From: an uncultured virus (IMG/VR IMGVR_UViG_3300011434_000007)
Lineage: Duplodnaviria > Heunggongvirae > Uroviricota > Caudoviricetes
Direction: 5' to 3' (one strand)
DNA length: 64,000 nt
IMG/VR virus record: IMGVR_UViG_3300011434_000007
Shown: piece after piece, positions 47,098 through 57,197 of the stretch
Layout: every line of letters starts with the position of its first letter
Numbering within the stretch: position 1 is the first letter of the stretch
Program-made: the position numbers and the translations under genes
The notes under the pieces: model-generated
The model's database searches: none
The model's input: only the letters and a program-made list of their open reading frames with translations
Told to the model about the DNA's origin: nothing

Positions 47098-48198
47098 ATG
47101 TTTAAAGTACTTATACTAGCAGGCACTCGGCCTGAAGTTATTAAACAGGCCCCCGTCTATAAGGCTCTTCAAGACTATGCCTCTGTAGCAGCAATTTTTT
47201 GTACTTCAGGTCAACATGATGTTTTAGCTGAGCAGGCTCTCATGGCATTTGGTATCATGCCTGAATGTCGTGTTACACTTCAACGTGAAGCAGGTTCAGA
47301 CTTAAGTGATCTCACCAGTGAATTAGTGTTTAGTCTTAGTAGAATGTTGGATAAGCAACAGCCTGATTTAGTTGTTGTTCATGGTGATACAACAACTGCG
47401 CTCTGTGGAGCTTTAGCGGCTTTTTATAAACACATTCCCGTTGCCCATGTTGAAGCAGGACTACGTACAGCTCGTTTTGAAAATCCTTTTCCCGAAGAAA
47501 TGAACCGGCGTCTGATTGCACAGATGGCAAAATTACATTTTGCGCCTACGAATAGGGCGCTAGCAAATTTGAAGAGTGAGGGCCTAGATCAGCAATATAT
47601 GTACTGTACTGGTAATACGATTGTTGATGCTCTTCATAATTTTATACTACCAACTCCAGTACATAAGATTCAATTCTTCAATACCACCAGCCAACACCTA
47701 CTGGTAACTTGCCATAGGCGAGAATCATGGCAGCACATTCGTACTCTTTGTGGCATTGTCACTAACATCGTAGATGCCAATTCTAATGTTCAGTGTGTAT
47801 GGGTTACGCATCCCAATCCTGTGGTATCAGATCCTGTATTCACACATTTCAAGCACCATCCTCAGGTACGAACTCTACCACCGATGCTTTATACAGACTT
47901 TGTGCATTTGATGGCCAATAGTGATGTTATCCTTACTGATTCAGGGGGCATCATTGAAGAAGCTAGCGTCTTGGGCAAAGCATTAGTCATTATGCGTGAA
48001 GTAACGGAACGTCCAGAGGCATTGGAACTACCTAATGTGGCTCTAGTAGGATATGATTTTGATAAGTTATTCCAACAGGTGCAAACCTGGCTAGCTCATC
48101 CTGTAAATGGTACATCTAGTAATGTGTTCGGGGATGGTATGGCAGGTAAAAGAATTGCACAGTGTATCGTCAATTTTTTAGGGGGAAATAGGCTATGA
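47098..48198 (+). CDS. wecB: UDP-N-acetylglucosamine 2-epimerase (non-hydrolysing)
   Basis: GTRPEVIK, SGQH, HGDTTT, HVEAGLR, PFPEEMNR, GNTIVDAL, HRRE, TDSGG, TERPE, FGDG. Confidence 0.95.
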   Translation: MFKVLILAGTRPEVIKQAPVYKALQDYASVAAIFCTSGQHDVLAEQALMAFGIMPECRVTLQREAGSDLSDLTSELVFSLSRMLDKQQPDLVVVHGDTTTALCGALAAFYKHIPVAHVEAGLRTARFENPFPEEMNRRLIAQMAKLHFAPTNRALANLKSEGLDQQYMYCTGNTIVDALHNFILPTPVHKIQFFNTTSQHLLVTCHRRESWQHIRTLCGIVTNIVDANSNVQCVWVTHPNPVVSDPVFTHFKHHPQVRTLPPMLYTDFVHLMANSDVILTDSGGIIEEASVLGKALVIMREVTERPEALELPNVALVGYDFDKLFQQVQTWLAHPVNGTSSNVFGDGMAGKRIAQCIVNFLGGNRL

Positions 48199-50627
48199 TA
48201 AAGTGGAGTGTTGTTTTTTCAACTGAGAGCAAACTGCCCGTTTTCACTCAGAGTCTATCCCAGCTTATTGAATCTGTGGATTCAAAACGTACTGAATTTC
48301 TTTTAACTTCAGTAAAGCCCATTGATCCCTTGTATCGTGAGATCTTTGATACTTCTTGCCGCCAGGCTAAGATTACCAGCAAAGTACATGAGAGCATTGA
48401 TATCAACACTGTTATAGCTGACACCCAAGGTGAATACGTAGCAGTTGTTCGTGATCATGTACTGGTCCCTAAAAACTTCCTATCACGCTTGACCTTTTGT
48501 ATGGATAATTTCGAGAGAACCTATAATCAGGGTCCTATTGGAATTGTCGGCCCCATAACCAATGGTGGTTCTGGTCCTCAGCGTATTGGCATGCAAGCTA
48601 ATTTACATCCCCACGACGTCAATGGGATTCAGAAGAAATTGGAAGAGCAGTTGCAGGGGCAACATCCTTGGCAATCAGCTGCAACGTTGGAAAGTTTTTG
48701 TTTCATGTTTCGGCGTGACGCTTACAATCAAGTAGGTGCATTTGATTTTACGGTGGAACCAGACTTCGCTCTGGTTGAATGGATAACTAGAGCAATGCGT
48801 TTCGGCTGGAAGGCAGCTGCTGCTTCTGATGTTTATGTCTACCGTTCTGATGAAGGCCTTCCTTTGATGGATTGGAATCGCGTCTACAAGTCATTACCTG
48901 AAGGCAATCGCATCCCCCAAAAGCTTGCGTTCCTGCATAGGATAAAGCTTTATGATGATTTTGAAAGAGATATCTTTATTGAGTCATTGGGGCATTCCCT
49001 AGCTGTTGGCGACGCCGTCTTCATACTTGATGATAATTCACTTGTCAAGATGGGCTTATACCTTAAAGAAGAACGCCCTGATATTTGGAATCATCCTAAA
49101 TTGGCCAAGTACCAAAAGTATTCACGTCCTCTCGATGAGAAGAGAGACTGGAATGAGTTAATGGATTGGGCAGAAAAGGCAGGTATGAATTGGGCCTTTG
49201 CAGTTGACGGTGATGAAGTTGTTGAAGATAAGGTTACCCGCGACTATCTTGAAAGTCTCATGCACCCTGTTAATCCACAGGTCATGGGTTACTTTGTACA
49301 CCCCTACTATTTTTGGGATAGCTGTTCTAAGTGGCGTATGGATGGTATTTGGGGTGAAACGCATGATTTACGCTTGATCCGTATCAATCCAGGTCAACGC
49401 ATTGGTGTTGAAGGTGTTCTAGCTACACAATGCGGTTACGTGTCACAATACCCCGGCGAATGTATTCGGACTTCCAGCATCCGTCTAAAGGTTTACGGCA
49501 GCGTCTTTGAGGCCCAACGTGAGCGCGTTAAGATCTTACACGAAAAGAATGTACGAGGTGCAACGCCCAATCAATTTAACTACCTTGTAAGCACTTCCAA
49601 CTGTAGTCTCTACCCCTGGCAGGAAGCTAACACTGTTAGCGTCTACGCGCCTGTTAACAGGGGAGGTGTTTTACTTTATGAATGGCTAGATGCTGTCGTA
49701 CCTTTTGCGGATGAGGTAGTTATTGGTGATAGTGGCCTATCAGCAGAAGATAAAAAACTTCTAACTGATGTTTGGGGTGTTCGTGTTGTTCCTATTTGGG
49801 ATAAGCCGGAAGATTTCATGGCCAAAGGCTTTGCGGAATCACGGAATAAGGTTATCAAGGAATGTCGCCAGAGTTACATCCTCCAGTTAGATATTGATGA
49901 AAAGATAGAAGACTGGCACAAGGTACGACGAATGATGGATCTGCCAACACACCCAGCTTGGGATTTCCAGGTACTTAATTATCAGAGACCGCCAACACAG
50001 CCCGTGTTGACTAGTACTACTCGGCTTTTTCAGAACGCACCGGGTGTACATTATTGGGGTTATTTACATGAAACTATTGATAACGCTGTTCATGAGCTTG
50101 GCTGGCGTGTAGGCCAATCGCCGACTAAGGTACTACACTTTGGTTTCGCCATCACACCACCTGCAGAAATGTTCAAGAAGATGCAAAAATACCTTGAACT
50201 AAACCTGCGCCAAATGGAAGACTTTCCGGATGACCCTAGAGCTTACTACAATTTGGCCTTGCACTTGGTGGAAGATGGGCTAGTGGAAGATGCCATTAGG
50301 GTTTTGAAGATTGCTGTGCCTCTCTCAGGACGTTTTCCCTTGCCCATTATTGAATTGGCAAAACTTTATCTTTTTACGTCACGCGCCCATTTTAATGGCG
50401 CCCTACGTATGCTACAACCTAGCCACGCAAGTCATGCAACCTTAGCTCAAACTTGCAAAGACCTGGAACAGGTTACGTCCAATATGAATCACGTCCCAGC
50501 AGCTCCGGGTCATTGTCTATCTTTCTTTACAACGCAGCCCAAGAATATGGAGCGGGTAAGATTGCATTGTGATAATATGGAAAGACACATTGAACAGGTC
50601 AGAGCCGGCCAGTTAAAGAAGAAGTAA
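48195..50627 (+). CDS. Multi-domain GT-A glycosyltransferase with C-terminal TPR
   Basis: GIVGPITN domain, VDGDE domain, FAESRN...LDIDE...LHE...LHFG domain. PDDPRAYYNLA TPR. Confidence 0.85.
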   Translation: MIKWSVVFSTESKLPVFTQSLSQLIESVDSKRTEFLLTSVKPIDPLYREIFDTSCRQAKITSKVHESIDINTVIADTQGEYVAVVRDHVLVPKNFLSRLTFCMDNFERTYNQGPIGIVGPITNGGSGPQRIGMQANLHPHDVNGIQKKLEEQLQGQHPWQSAATLESFCFMFRRDAYNQVGAFDFTVEPDFALVEWITRAMRFGWKAAAASDVYVYRSDEGLPLMDWNRVYKSLPEGNRIPQKLAFLHRIKLYDDFERDIFIESLGHSLAVGDAVFILDDNSLVKMGLYLKEERPDIWNHPKLAKYQKYSRPLDEKRDWNELMDWAEKAGMNWAFAVDGDEVVEDKVTRDYLESLMHPVNPQVMGYFVHPYYFWDSCSKWRMDGIWGETHDLRLIRINPGQRIGVEGVLATQCGYVSQYPGECIRTSSIRLKVYGSVFEAQRERVKILHEKNVRGATPNQFNYLVSTSNCSLYPWQEANTVSVYAPVNRGGVLLYEWLDAVVPFADEVVIGDSGLSAEDKKLLTDVWGVRVVPIWDKPEDFMAKGFAESRNKVIKECRQSYILQLDIDEKIEDWHKVRRMMDLPTHPAWDFQVLNYQRPPTQPVLTSTTRLFQNAPGVHYWGYLHETIDNAVHELGWRVGQSPTKVLHFGFAITPPAEMFKKMQKYLELNLRQMEDFPDDPRAYYNLALHLVEDGLVEDAIRVLKIAVPLSGRFPLPIIELAKLYLFTSRAHFNGALRMLQPSHASHATLAQTCKDLEQVTSNMNHVPAAPGHCLSFFTTQPKNMERVRLHCDNMERHIEQVRAGQLKKK

Positions 50628-50645
50628 AATCTGCTATCTTAATTC

Positions 50646-51089
50646 ATGGCTCGAAAGCCCCTTGAGGGTTTACGTGTATCTGTTGCGCGCAATATGGTTG
50701 GTGCCCTAGAAGAGGCTGCAACTAAGTTGTTTAATTCTGTGCAGCGCAATGCGACCTTGACAGATCATTCACTCGACGATTTAGCAAAGTTAGGTCATCC
50801 CTACAATATTCGTAGTTCGGTTTCAATACATTCGCCTTCTTACTTGGTGCACCAGCAGTCGGGTCGCTTATCTGGTGCTTTAAAACTGGTGCGTGTCAAC
50901 CAGTACTCATTTAATATTGGTATTGAAGAGAGCGCAGTACCTTATCTACTGGCAGTCGTTTATGGCACTCGTTATATGGTAGGCAGGGATTTCATCCGCG
51001 GCAGCTTGTTGGATCTTGACGACGATCTACGTAACGTCTTTAGTAAAGCTTTAAGCCTCGGCGTACAACAAGGACCTATAAATGTCTGA
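50646..51089 (+). CDS. HK97 gp10-like tail completion protein
   Basis: QSGRL, PYL..V.YGTRYM.GRDF. Confidence 0.75.
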   Translation: MARKPLEGLRVSVARNMVGALEEAATKLFNSVQRNATLTDHSLDDLAKLGHPYNIRSSVSIHSPSYLVHQQSGRLSGALKLVRVNQYSFNIGIEESAVPYLLAVVYGTRYMVGRDFIRGSLLDLDDDLRNVFSKALSLGVQQGPINV

Positions 51090-51474
51090 ATCAGTTACAG
51101 ATTTTATAGCTAGTTTCAGAAATTTTGTCCTGGCTGGCACTACGGTCTCCGGGCTAGTGGGAACTCGTGTCTTCTCAGATCATCTAGCTACGCTATTTAA
51201 TCCTGTTTTCCCCCTAGGTACTTTTGAAATTCTTGCTGGAAATCCCAGTGCTGCAGGTATCACAGAAGATTTTGAAATGAATGTTGCTGGCCACAGTGAA
51301 AAATCCTATGACGAGGCTGGTAACATTTTTACTGCCATCCATGACACCGTAAAGAACCAAATAATTCCGCCTAGAATTACTGTCTATTCTTCACGAACGC
51401 CTGTCAAATTGTATGATAGTAATTCTCGTGTTTATACCGTCGTAGGGAGAGTTCGAGTAGTACGTATTCCTTAA
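51082..51474 (+). CDS. Tail terminator-like protein
   Basis: VSGLVGTRVF...FP. Lies between the gp10-like and tail tube genes. Confidence 0.7.
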   Translation: MSESVTDFIASFRNFVLAGTTVSGLVGTRVFSDHLATLFNPVFPLGTFEILAGNPSAAGITEDFEMNVAGHSEKSYDEAGNIFTAIHDTVKNQIIPPRITVYSSRTPVKLYDSNSRVYTVVGRVRVVRIP

Positions 51475-51511
51475 AGTATTAGTGTAAAGTGATTTTTAAC
51501 GAGCTATAATC

Positions 51512-51739
51512 ATGGCAGCTGTAAAATTCGTACCCTGGCGCTGTGGCAGCTGTCACCACGTACTCGGCTTAAGGTATTCTAATGGAACCTTGGCTGTGAA
51601 GTACAAAGATTTGGTTGCGTGGGTCACAGGTACCTATCGTACGGTTTGTCGTTATTGTAAAACGACAAATGAGATTGAAACACAATCACGACTTGAAGAG
51701 TTTTTAAAAGATGAAGGGGAGGTGAAGTTGAGTGTCTAA
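51512..51739 (+). CDS. Mu Com-like zinc-ribbon protein
   Basis: WRCGSCHHVLG...CRYCKTTNEI. Confidence 0.65.
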   Translation: MAAVKFVPWRCGSCHHVLGLRYSNGTLAVKYKDLVAWVTGTYRTVCRYCKTTNEIETQSRLEEFLKDEGEVKLSV

Positions 51740-52283
51740 CGTACCAAATTACAACACACAAAACATCAGCTTAGGCCCGGGTGTTGCGTACATCGGTGCT
51801 GCGGGTACCACTCCTCTCACGGACGTGGGTGCAATCCACGACGATGGGATGGAATTAACGGTTACTCGTGAGTTCCTGGACGTATTCCAGGGCAGTCCTA
51901 AGGTTTTGATCAAACGTTTCGTTACTGGTGAGACCGTCGAGTTGACTGTCAAAGGTATCGAGTGGAACCTTATTAACTTGGCGCTCGCGCTGGGTACTGG
52001 GGTTACGACCTCGTCTGCTTCGCAGGATACCTATTCGTTCGGTGAAGATCCGGATGCGACGGAAGTGGCCGTCCAGGTTGTGCATTCCATGCCGACAGGA
52101 CATACCATTACCTTGCGCCTGTGGCGTTCACAGACCGTCGGTGAGTGGAAAACCGCTTTGAAACAGGGTGAGCTCCATAGCTTTCCGCTATCATTCAAGG
52201 CTTTGTCCTCGACTCTGACGTGGGATGGGCAGCAGCTGGCAGTCGGTAAGCGGTTGTTCCAAATCGTCCGTCAGAAGCAGTAA
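51732..52283 (+). CDS. Major tail tube protein
   Basis: GGAGGTGA SD. NISLGPG...DVG....G.ELT; terminator and chaperone gene follow. Confidence 0.8.
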   Translation: MSNVPNYNTQNISLGPGVAYIGAAGTTPLTDVGAIHDDGMELTVTREFLDVFQGSPKVLIKRFVTGETVELTVKGIEWNLINLALALGTGVTTSSASQDTYSFGEDPDATEVAVQVVHSMPTGHTITLRLWRSQTVGEWKTALKQGELHSFPLSFKALSSTLTWDGQQLAVGKRLFQIVRQKQ

Positions 52284-52341
52284 GCTGCTTCTGATCTAAA
52301 AGTGGGAGAGGCTCTAGAAGCCCAACATGGAAATGTAATCG

Positions 52342-52385
52342 AAGCAAGTCTCCGGTATCAATGGCTGGAGACTTGCTTTATTTTT
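52342..52385 (+). terminator. Intrinsic terminator after the tail tube gene
   Basis: AAGCAAGTCTCCGG / CTGGAGACTTGCTT stem followed by TATTTTT. Confidence 0.8.
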
Positions 52386-52401
52386 ATCAAAGGGAGGAAT
52401 T

Positions 52402-52884
52402 ATGGCTTACGAGAAAGATTTAGGTGCGGTACAATGTAGCAATGGCGAAACATTGGTGCTGCCTCGTCTCACGTTAGGACGCATCATTTCAGCTTCAACG
52501 TCCATCTCAGCGCTTATCAAAAAGGTTAAGGAGGTGGCGCCTGACTTGTTTGTTATCCAAGTACCTGAAGCACCTGAAGTTGCCACACCCCAGGCTATAG
52601 CTGCATACAGAGCAGCCATCAATGCCCAAGATACGAGTCTGGGTCAACGAGTCTTAGGTGCTTTGCCTGAACTTCTGCCTCAGATTTGGAATGAAGTAGT
52701 TGCTTTGCTTGCCAGTTATTTGGAAAAGGAAGTTGACTGGATCAAGAAAGAACTCGACTTGGAGGATGCAGTTAAGATACTGTGCCCTTTCTTCACGAGT
52801 ATCTTCATGCAGGGCAATCAGGTAGTAGGCTTGTTCAACCAGTTAACAGGGCCGCAGAAGACGACGGAAGCGACCCAAGGTTAA
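52402..52884 (+). CDS. Tail assembly chaperone (G-like)
   Basis: GGAGGA SD. Lies between the tube and tape measure genes. Confidence 0.75.
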   Translation: MAYEKDLGAVQCSNGETLVLPRLTLGRIISASTSISALIKKVKEVAPDLFVIQVPEAPEVATPQAIAAYRAAINAQDTSLGQRVLGALPELLPQIWNEVVALLASYLEKEVDWIKKELDLEDAVKILCPFFTSIFMQGNQVVGLFNQLTGPQKTTEATQG

Positions 52885-53135
52885 AACTTGAAGATACTGT
52901 TGCGGACTTGGTTGACATGTTTGCGTCCGCTTATGGCTGGGGTTTGACTGATGTTTTGAATATGACCTTTCCAGAGGTCTTCAAGCAGCAGGAATCAATG
53001 TTACGCCGTTTACGTCGCCTGGGCCAGAAGCCCGGTAACGATGGTAATATAAACTGGGAACATAAAAAACCAACGTTAAAACTACATGATGCACTTGATA
53101 ATGAATTACTACGTGGTTGTGTAGTCGAGGAATAA
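52785..53135 (+). CDS. -1 frameshift extension of the tail chaperone (T-like)
   Basis: In-phase slippery heptamer C CCT TTC (52785-52791). The -1 frame encodes FASAYGWGLTDVLNMT. Confidence 0.65.
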   Translation, partial: PFLHEYLHAGQSGSRLVQPVNRAAEDDGSDPRLKLEDTVADLVDMFASAYGWGLTDVLNMTFPEVFKQQESMLRRLRRLGQKPGNDGNINWEHKKPTLKLHDALDNELLRGCVVEE

Positions 53136-53138
53136 TCA

Positions 53139-56100
53139 TTGGCAGCTTCTGAACAATATGGTGTAGATCTACAGTTACAGATTGATGCTTTTGAAGCAAA
53201 CATTAAGAAGGCCCAGCAAAATCTTCTTGATGTTGAAAAGACTGCCGCTGAAGTTTCTAAGAAGTCATCTCAGGACATTAACCAGATAGGTAGTGAATCT
53301 GCTACTGGTGGTGTTTCACGGCTAACATCTGCTTTGGGTGGGTTAGCTAAGGTAGCTGCTGTAGGTGGCGGCCTAATTTTAGGTCTAAAATTATTCCGTA
53401 CTGTTATAGGTGCCGTCTCAGGTGATGATGAAAAAGCTACACGTTCATTTCTAAACTTGACTCGAGGCATGTCCACAGCTGTTGGTAGCGCGGCTGGTAT
53501 GGTGCGTGCCTTTGCTGGTACGACAGGTCCGTTCGATGCTTTCTTAGGTCGGGTCCAAAGAGCTACTGTTAACACTACAGTTTTCTCTGGTGCTTTAAAT
53601 AGTCTGCGGGGCAATGATTCTGTTAAGAGTTTTGCTCAAAACTTTGTTACTAACTTTGATCGTATTGAAAAGTCTGTTAAGCAATCTTTGCTTGCCATTC
53701 CTGGAGTAACACCCTCACTTAACTTTTTGGGCAAAGCTTTCAACGCAGTTACTAAAGAGACCGCTGCCTTCTTCAATAATTTGGCTGCCAACGGTAATGC
53801 CATTGGTAAGATAGCAGTGGCCTTAGGCAACATGGCTACGGGTGCTGTCAGTGTAGCACCTGGTATGAATAAGTTAAGTGGCGTTGCTGGCCTGGCTGAT
53901 GATGCTGCTGTAGGTCTCGCCAAGGGTATGCAATCCGCCGGTATCGAAGCGGGCGCCCTCAGTGCTGTTGGTACTGGCCTGATAGCTACCATAACAGCCC
54001 TCAATGCAGCAATTGCCATTGCTGGTAGTTTGATGTCAGGAATTGGCAAAAGCATAGTTGCTACCACGTCTGAATGGGCCATTGCCTCAGGTAAACTTGA
54101 TCTGGCCATCACCCAGTTAACAGCTCAGCTTGAATCAGCATCTGCTGCTACAGGTATTTTCTTAGGTACTGCAGATGAGATGACTACGTTTCTTAAGGAA
54201 TTATCTAAAGAAACAGGTCTTGCTGACACTCAGCTGGTTCAATTGGCGTCTTCATTCTTACAAGTAGAAGGTACTGCTCAGCTTAGTAAAGAACAACTGC
54301 AAGAGGTTATTAAGCGCACCGCCATTCTTGGTGCTTCAATGGGCGATTTGGAAGGCGTAGCTGGTAAAGTTATTGGTGGTTTCCAAGGCTTTACTCGTGG
54401 TTTAAGTTTATTTTTAGGTTTAGGTGCCCGCTCGTCAGAACTAACCAAGCTAGAAGCTGACGGCCTGCAACTTGTTTCAGGCGCTGCACAAGGACAAGTT
54501 GATTCTCTAAAGCGGGCAGCCTTCGCCCAGCAGTTGTATGGTACCTTTGTTAATGGTACAAACGCACGAGTTAAAGCTTACGCCGCCAGCAGTGACAACT
54601 TGGTCTTGGCTTTGCAACGCCTACAAGGTGCCCAGAGTAACATAGCTGAAGCTTTTGGTAAAGCGTCAGGTACTTTTCTGGTACCTCTAGTTAATGCCTT
54701 CACTAAAATTATTAACGTCGTCACTGATTTGCCTCCAGGTCTGCGTAGTGTAATCTCTGAAGTCATTAACTTAACTGGTGTGGTGCTTGTTGCCATAGGT
54801 ACTGTACTTAAATACGCTAGCATTTTTGTTCTTTTAAAGAATAGCGTTGCCATTTTTAATGCTGCCCTAACTTTGAGTTTACCTGTCATTGGCAATGTGG
54901 GTGTTGCTCTTGGTAAATTATTTGGTAGCTTTGGTATCGGTGGGGGAGCTATTACGAGCTTTGGTGGCCTCGTAGGTAAACTAGGTCTTTTGATCCCAGC
55001 TGCCTTCCGTGCAGGTGAAAATGCAATTGCTAGCTTTGTTACCAGAGGTATAGGGGGCTTACTAGGTCTAAGTTTTAGTTTTAGTGGTATTGTAGGCGTT
55101 CTTACTAAAGTGGCTGGCGGCATTCTTACTGTGGGTTTGAATCTGGGTAAATACCTGGTTTTTCCGAGTCATCTAACTTTGTTGATTGTTGCCTTTAAAG
55201 CTTTGTATGATGCTATTCGTATTGTAGATGAGCAGATTGGCATATCCGCCGCCGCAATTGAGTTTTATAAGAATAACATTGAAGGTAGTACTTTGTTAAC
55301 TGATATTTTTACCTTTGCTGTTGCCAAGCTTTCACAGGCCATTCAGTTGTTGTCTTTTACTATTGCTTTTGCTTTAGAAGCTGCACTGCTTGGTATTGTA
55401 GCACCTGTCAATATTGTACTTAGTGGTTTGACTTTATTGGCAAAAGGTCTTGATACCGTTTTCGGTACTAGTTTGACTAAGACCATTGAACCTATAAATG
55501 AAGCTGCCACTGTTTTACAGGATCGCCTCGTCAAGGGCATGCACGATAGTGCTGTAGCAAGTGTCGAAGCTGCAGGACGCCTCTTTTCTATGGATACGTC
55601 CTTAGGTAAAGTTAAGAAAAGTTCTGAAGCTGCTGCCATTGCTATGAAAAAGGTTTCAGTTTCCGCTGAAGTCTTAAGGGCTATTTTTGATATTGCTAAT
55701 AAGGGTCTGGAAGAAACGGCCAAAGGTATACAGAGTAATGCTGACCAAAATGTTGCTACTCTTGATCGCCTTGCTGAAGCTCAAAAAACCTTTGTCAATG
55801 AATTCATTTCCGATGAAGGTTATAGAGCCTCACGTGTCTTTGAAATTGAAAATACACTACGTAAGCGTCGATTGGATGTTGCGGAACAGACCCAGACTGA
55901 ATTGTTAGCTGTAGCTGCTACAGCCCAAGCCCAGCAACTTGCTGCTATTGGGCATTTGGCCGATGCTTCTGATCAAAAGCAGGAAGATCGTATTAAGAAG
56001 GAAGCTGAAGTTCGGCAGAAGTTTTTAGAAACAGAAACACAAATTACAACAGATTTCCGTGCTAAGCTTCTGGAGCAGCTTGCTGCGGTACGTGAACAGC

Positions 56101-57194
56101 AAAACCAGCGTGTACAGATTATACGGGATACCCGCAGTCGTATTAAAGATATTGAAACAGCTTCTGCCAATGCTATATCAGATATTCAACTTCGTCTATT
56201 GTCTGGTGAGAGGGCTAATGCTTTTGTACGTGAACAAATTCGTCTGAAAGAGATACAAGCACGTGACGCCGCTTCTCGTGGTGATTTTGAACGTGCAGCT
56301 CGTACTGCAGAAGAAATTAACGGCCTAGCTTCTAAAGTTGGTGGTCCAGATATCACGAATGCTCTCGCAGCCGCTGCCCGAGTTGGAGCGGCTGGTTCTA
56401 TAAAAGAAGCGCAGGCAGCCTTAGACGAACTCACTAATACAGGACATAATGCCGAAAAAACATTTCAGGATTTGTCTTCCGCTGTATTTTTTGCACGTGG
56501 CCCTGAAGACATGGCTAAGATTGCGGCCGCCGCTGCCGCTTTCCAAGCAGCTTTACAAAAGGGTGCTGAAACAACCCAGGGTAATGAACAGATTAGTATT
56601 TTAGAACGATCTCGTGACTTACAAATTCGAATTCAAGAACAAAGGGCTGCTGCTGCTGAACAAGAAAAAATTACCTTGGAGGCCCAGCAGAAGGCTATCG
56701 TTGCCCGCTTGGAAGAGACCGAAGCCAAACTCAATGAATTGCGAGAATCACTATCGCAGCCTATCGAGACGTTGGTTAATTTTTCACCTGAAACTTCAGC
56801 AGTAGAAGCAGCCATTAGAGAATTACAAAGTCGTAACATTGTTGTACCTGTAACGTTTCAAACTGCACGTGGTGTCAATATGGAAGGATTCTCAGTCCAT
56901 AACGTTGAAGACGTGGGTCGTTTGATAAGGGAAAAGTTTAATCCTGGTATCATTGAAGCTGGTTTTCAAACAGCCACGAATGGTATTGCTGGTTCTGTGG
57001 GTATTGATCGCTTTGGTGGCGACGGCACTGGCCCCAGTAAGCATGTTCGTGTGGATTTGAATCTTAGTGGTGAAACTACTAGTGTCGACACCAAAGACCA
57101 GGCCAGTGCAGATGCTTTGGTGGGTTTTGCTAAGAATTTACAGAACATTAAGAAATCACGGGGCAACTACACTTCACCGTTTTTGAGGATTTAA
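53139..57194 (+). CDS. Tape measure protein
   Basis: 1351 aa, Ala/Gly/Leu-rich and helical, hydrophobic middle, coiled-coil C-terminus; canonical position. Confidence 0.9.
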   Translation: MAASEQYGVDLQLQIDAFEANIKKAQQNLLDVEKTAAEVSKKSSQDINQIGSESATGGVSRLTSALGGLAKVAAVGGGLILGLKLFRTVIGAVSGDDEKATRSFLNLTRGMSTAVGSAAGMVRAFAGTTGPFDAFLGRVQRATVNTTVFSGALNSLRGNDSVKSFAQNFVTNFDRIEKSVKQSLLAIPGVTPSLNFLGKAFNAVTKETAAFFNNLAANGNAIGKIAVALGNMATGAVSVAPGMNKLSGVAGLADDAAVGLAKGMQSAGIEAGALSAVGTGLIATITALNAAIAIAGSLMSGIGKSIVATTSEWAIASGKLDLAITQLTAQLESASAATGIFLGTADEMTTFLKELSKETGLADTQLVQLASSFLQVEGTAQLSKEQLQEVIKRTAILGASMGDLEGVAGKVIGGFQGFTRGLSLFLGLGARSSELTKLEADGLQLVSGAAQGQVDSLKRAAFAQQLYGTFVNGTNARVKAYAASSDNLVLALQRLQGAQSNIAEAFGKASGTFLVPLVNAFTKIINVVTDLPPGLRSVISEVINLTGVVLVAIGTVLKYASIFVLLKNSVAIFNAALTLSLPVIGNVGVALGKLFGSFGIGGGAITSFGGLVGKLGLLIPAAFRAGENAIASFVTRGIGGLLGLSFSFSGIVGVLTKVAGGILTVGLNLGKYLVFPSHLTLLIVAFKALYDAIRIVDEQIGISAAAIEFYKNNIEGSTLLTDIFTFAVAKLSQAIQLLSFTIAFALEAALLGIVAPVNIVLSGLTLLAKGLDTVFGTSLTKTIEPINEAATVLQDRLVKGMHDSAVASVEAAGRLFSMDTSLGKVKKSSEAAAIAMKKVSVSAEVLRAIFDIANKGLEETAKGIQSNADQNVATLDRLAEAQKTFVNEFISDEGYRASRVFEIENTLRKRRLDVAEQTQTELLAVAATAQAQQLAAIGHLADASDQKQEDRIKKEAEVRQKFLETETQITTDFRAKLLEQLAAVREQQNQRVQIIRDTRSRIKDIETASANAISDIQLRLLSGERANAFVREQIRLKEIQARDAASRGDFERAARTAEEINGLASKVGGPDITNALAAAARVGAAGSIKEAQAALDELTNTGHNAEKTFQDLSSAVFFARGPEDMAKIAAAAAAFQAALQKGAETTQGNEQISILERSRDLQIRIQEQRAAAAEQEKITLEAQQKAIVARLEETEAKLNELRESLSQPIETLVNFSPETSAVEAAIRELQSRNIVVPVTFQTARGVNMEGFSVHNVEDVGRLIREKFNPGIIEAGFQTATNGIAGSVGIDRFGGDGTGPSKHVRVDLNLSGETTSVDTKDQASADALVGFAKNLQNIKKSRGNYTSPFLRI

Positions 57195-57197
57195 CTG

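Noticed and set aside
53270..57166. Series of minus-strand ORFs opposite the tape measure gene (also opposite the scaffold, MuF and portal genes)
   Set aside because: Antisense shadows of Ala/Leu-rich coding frames, with no SD or motifs.
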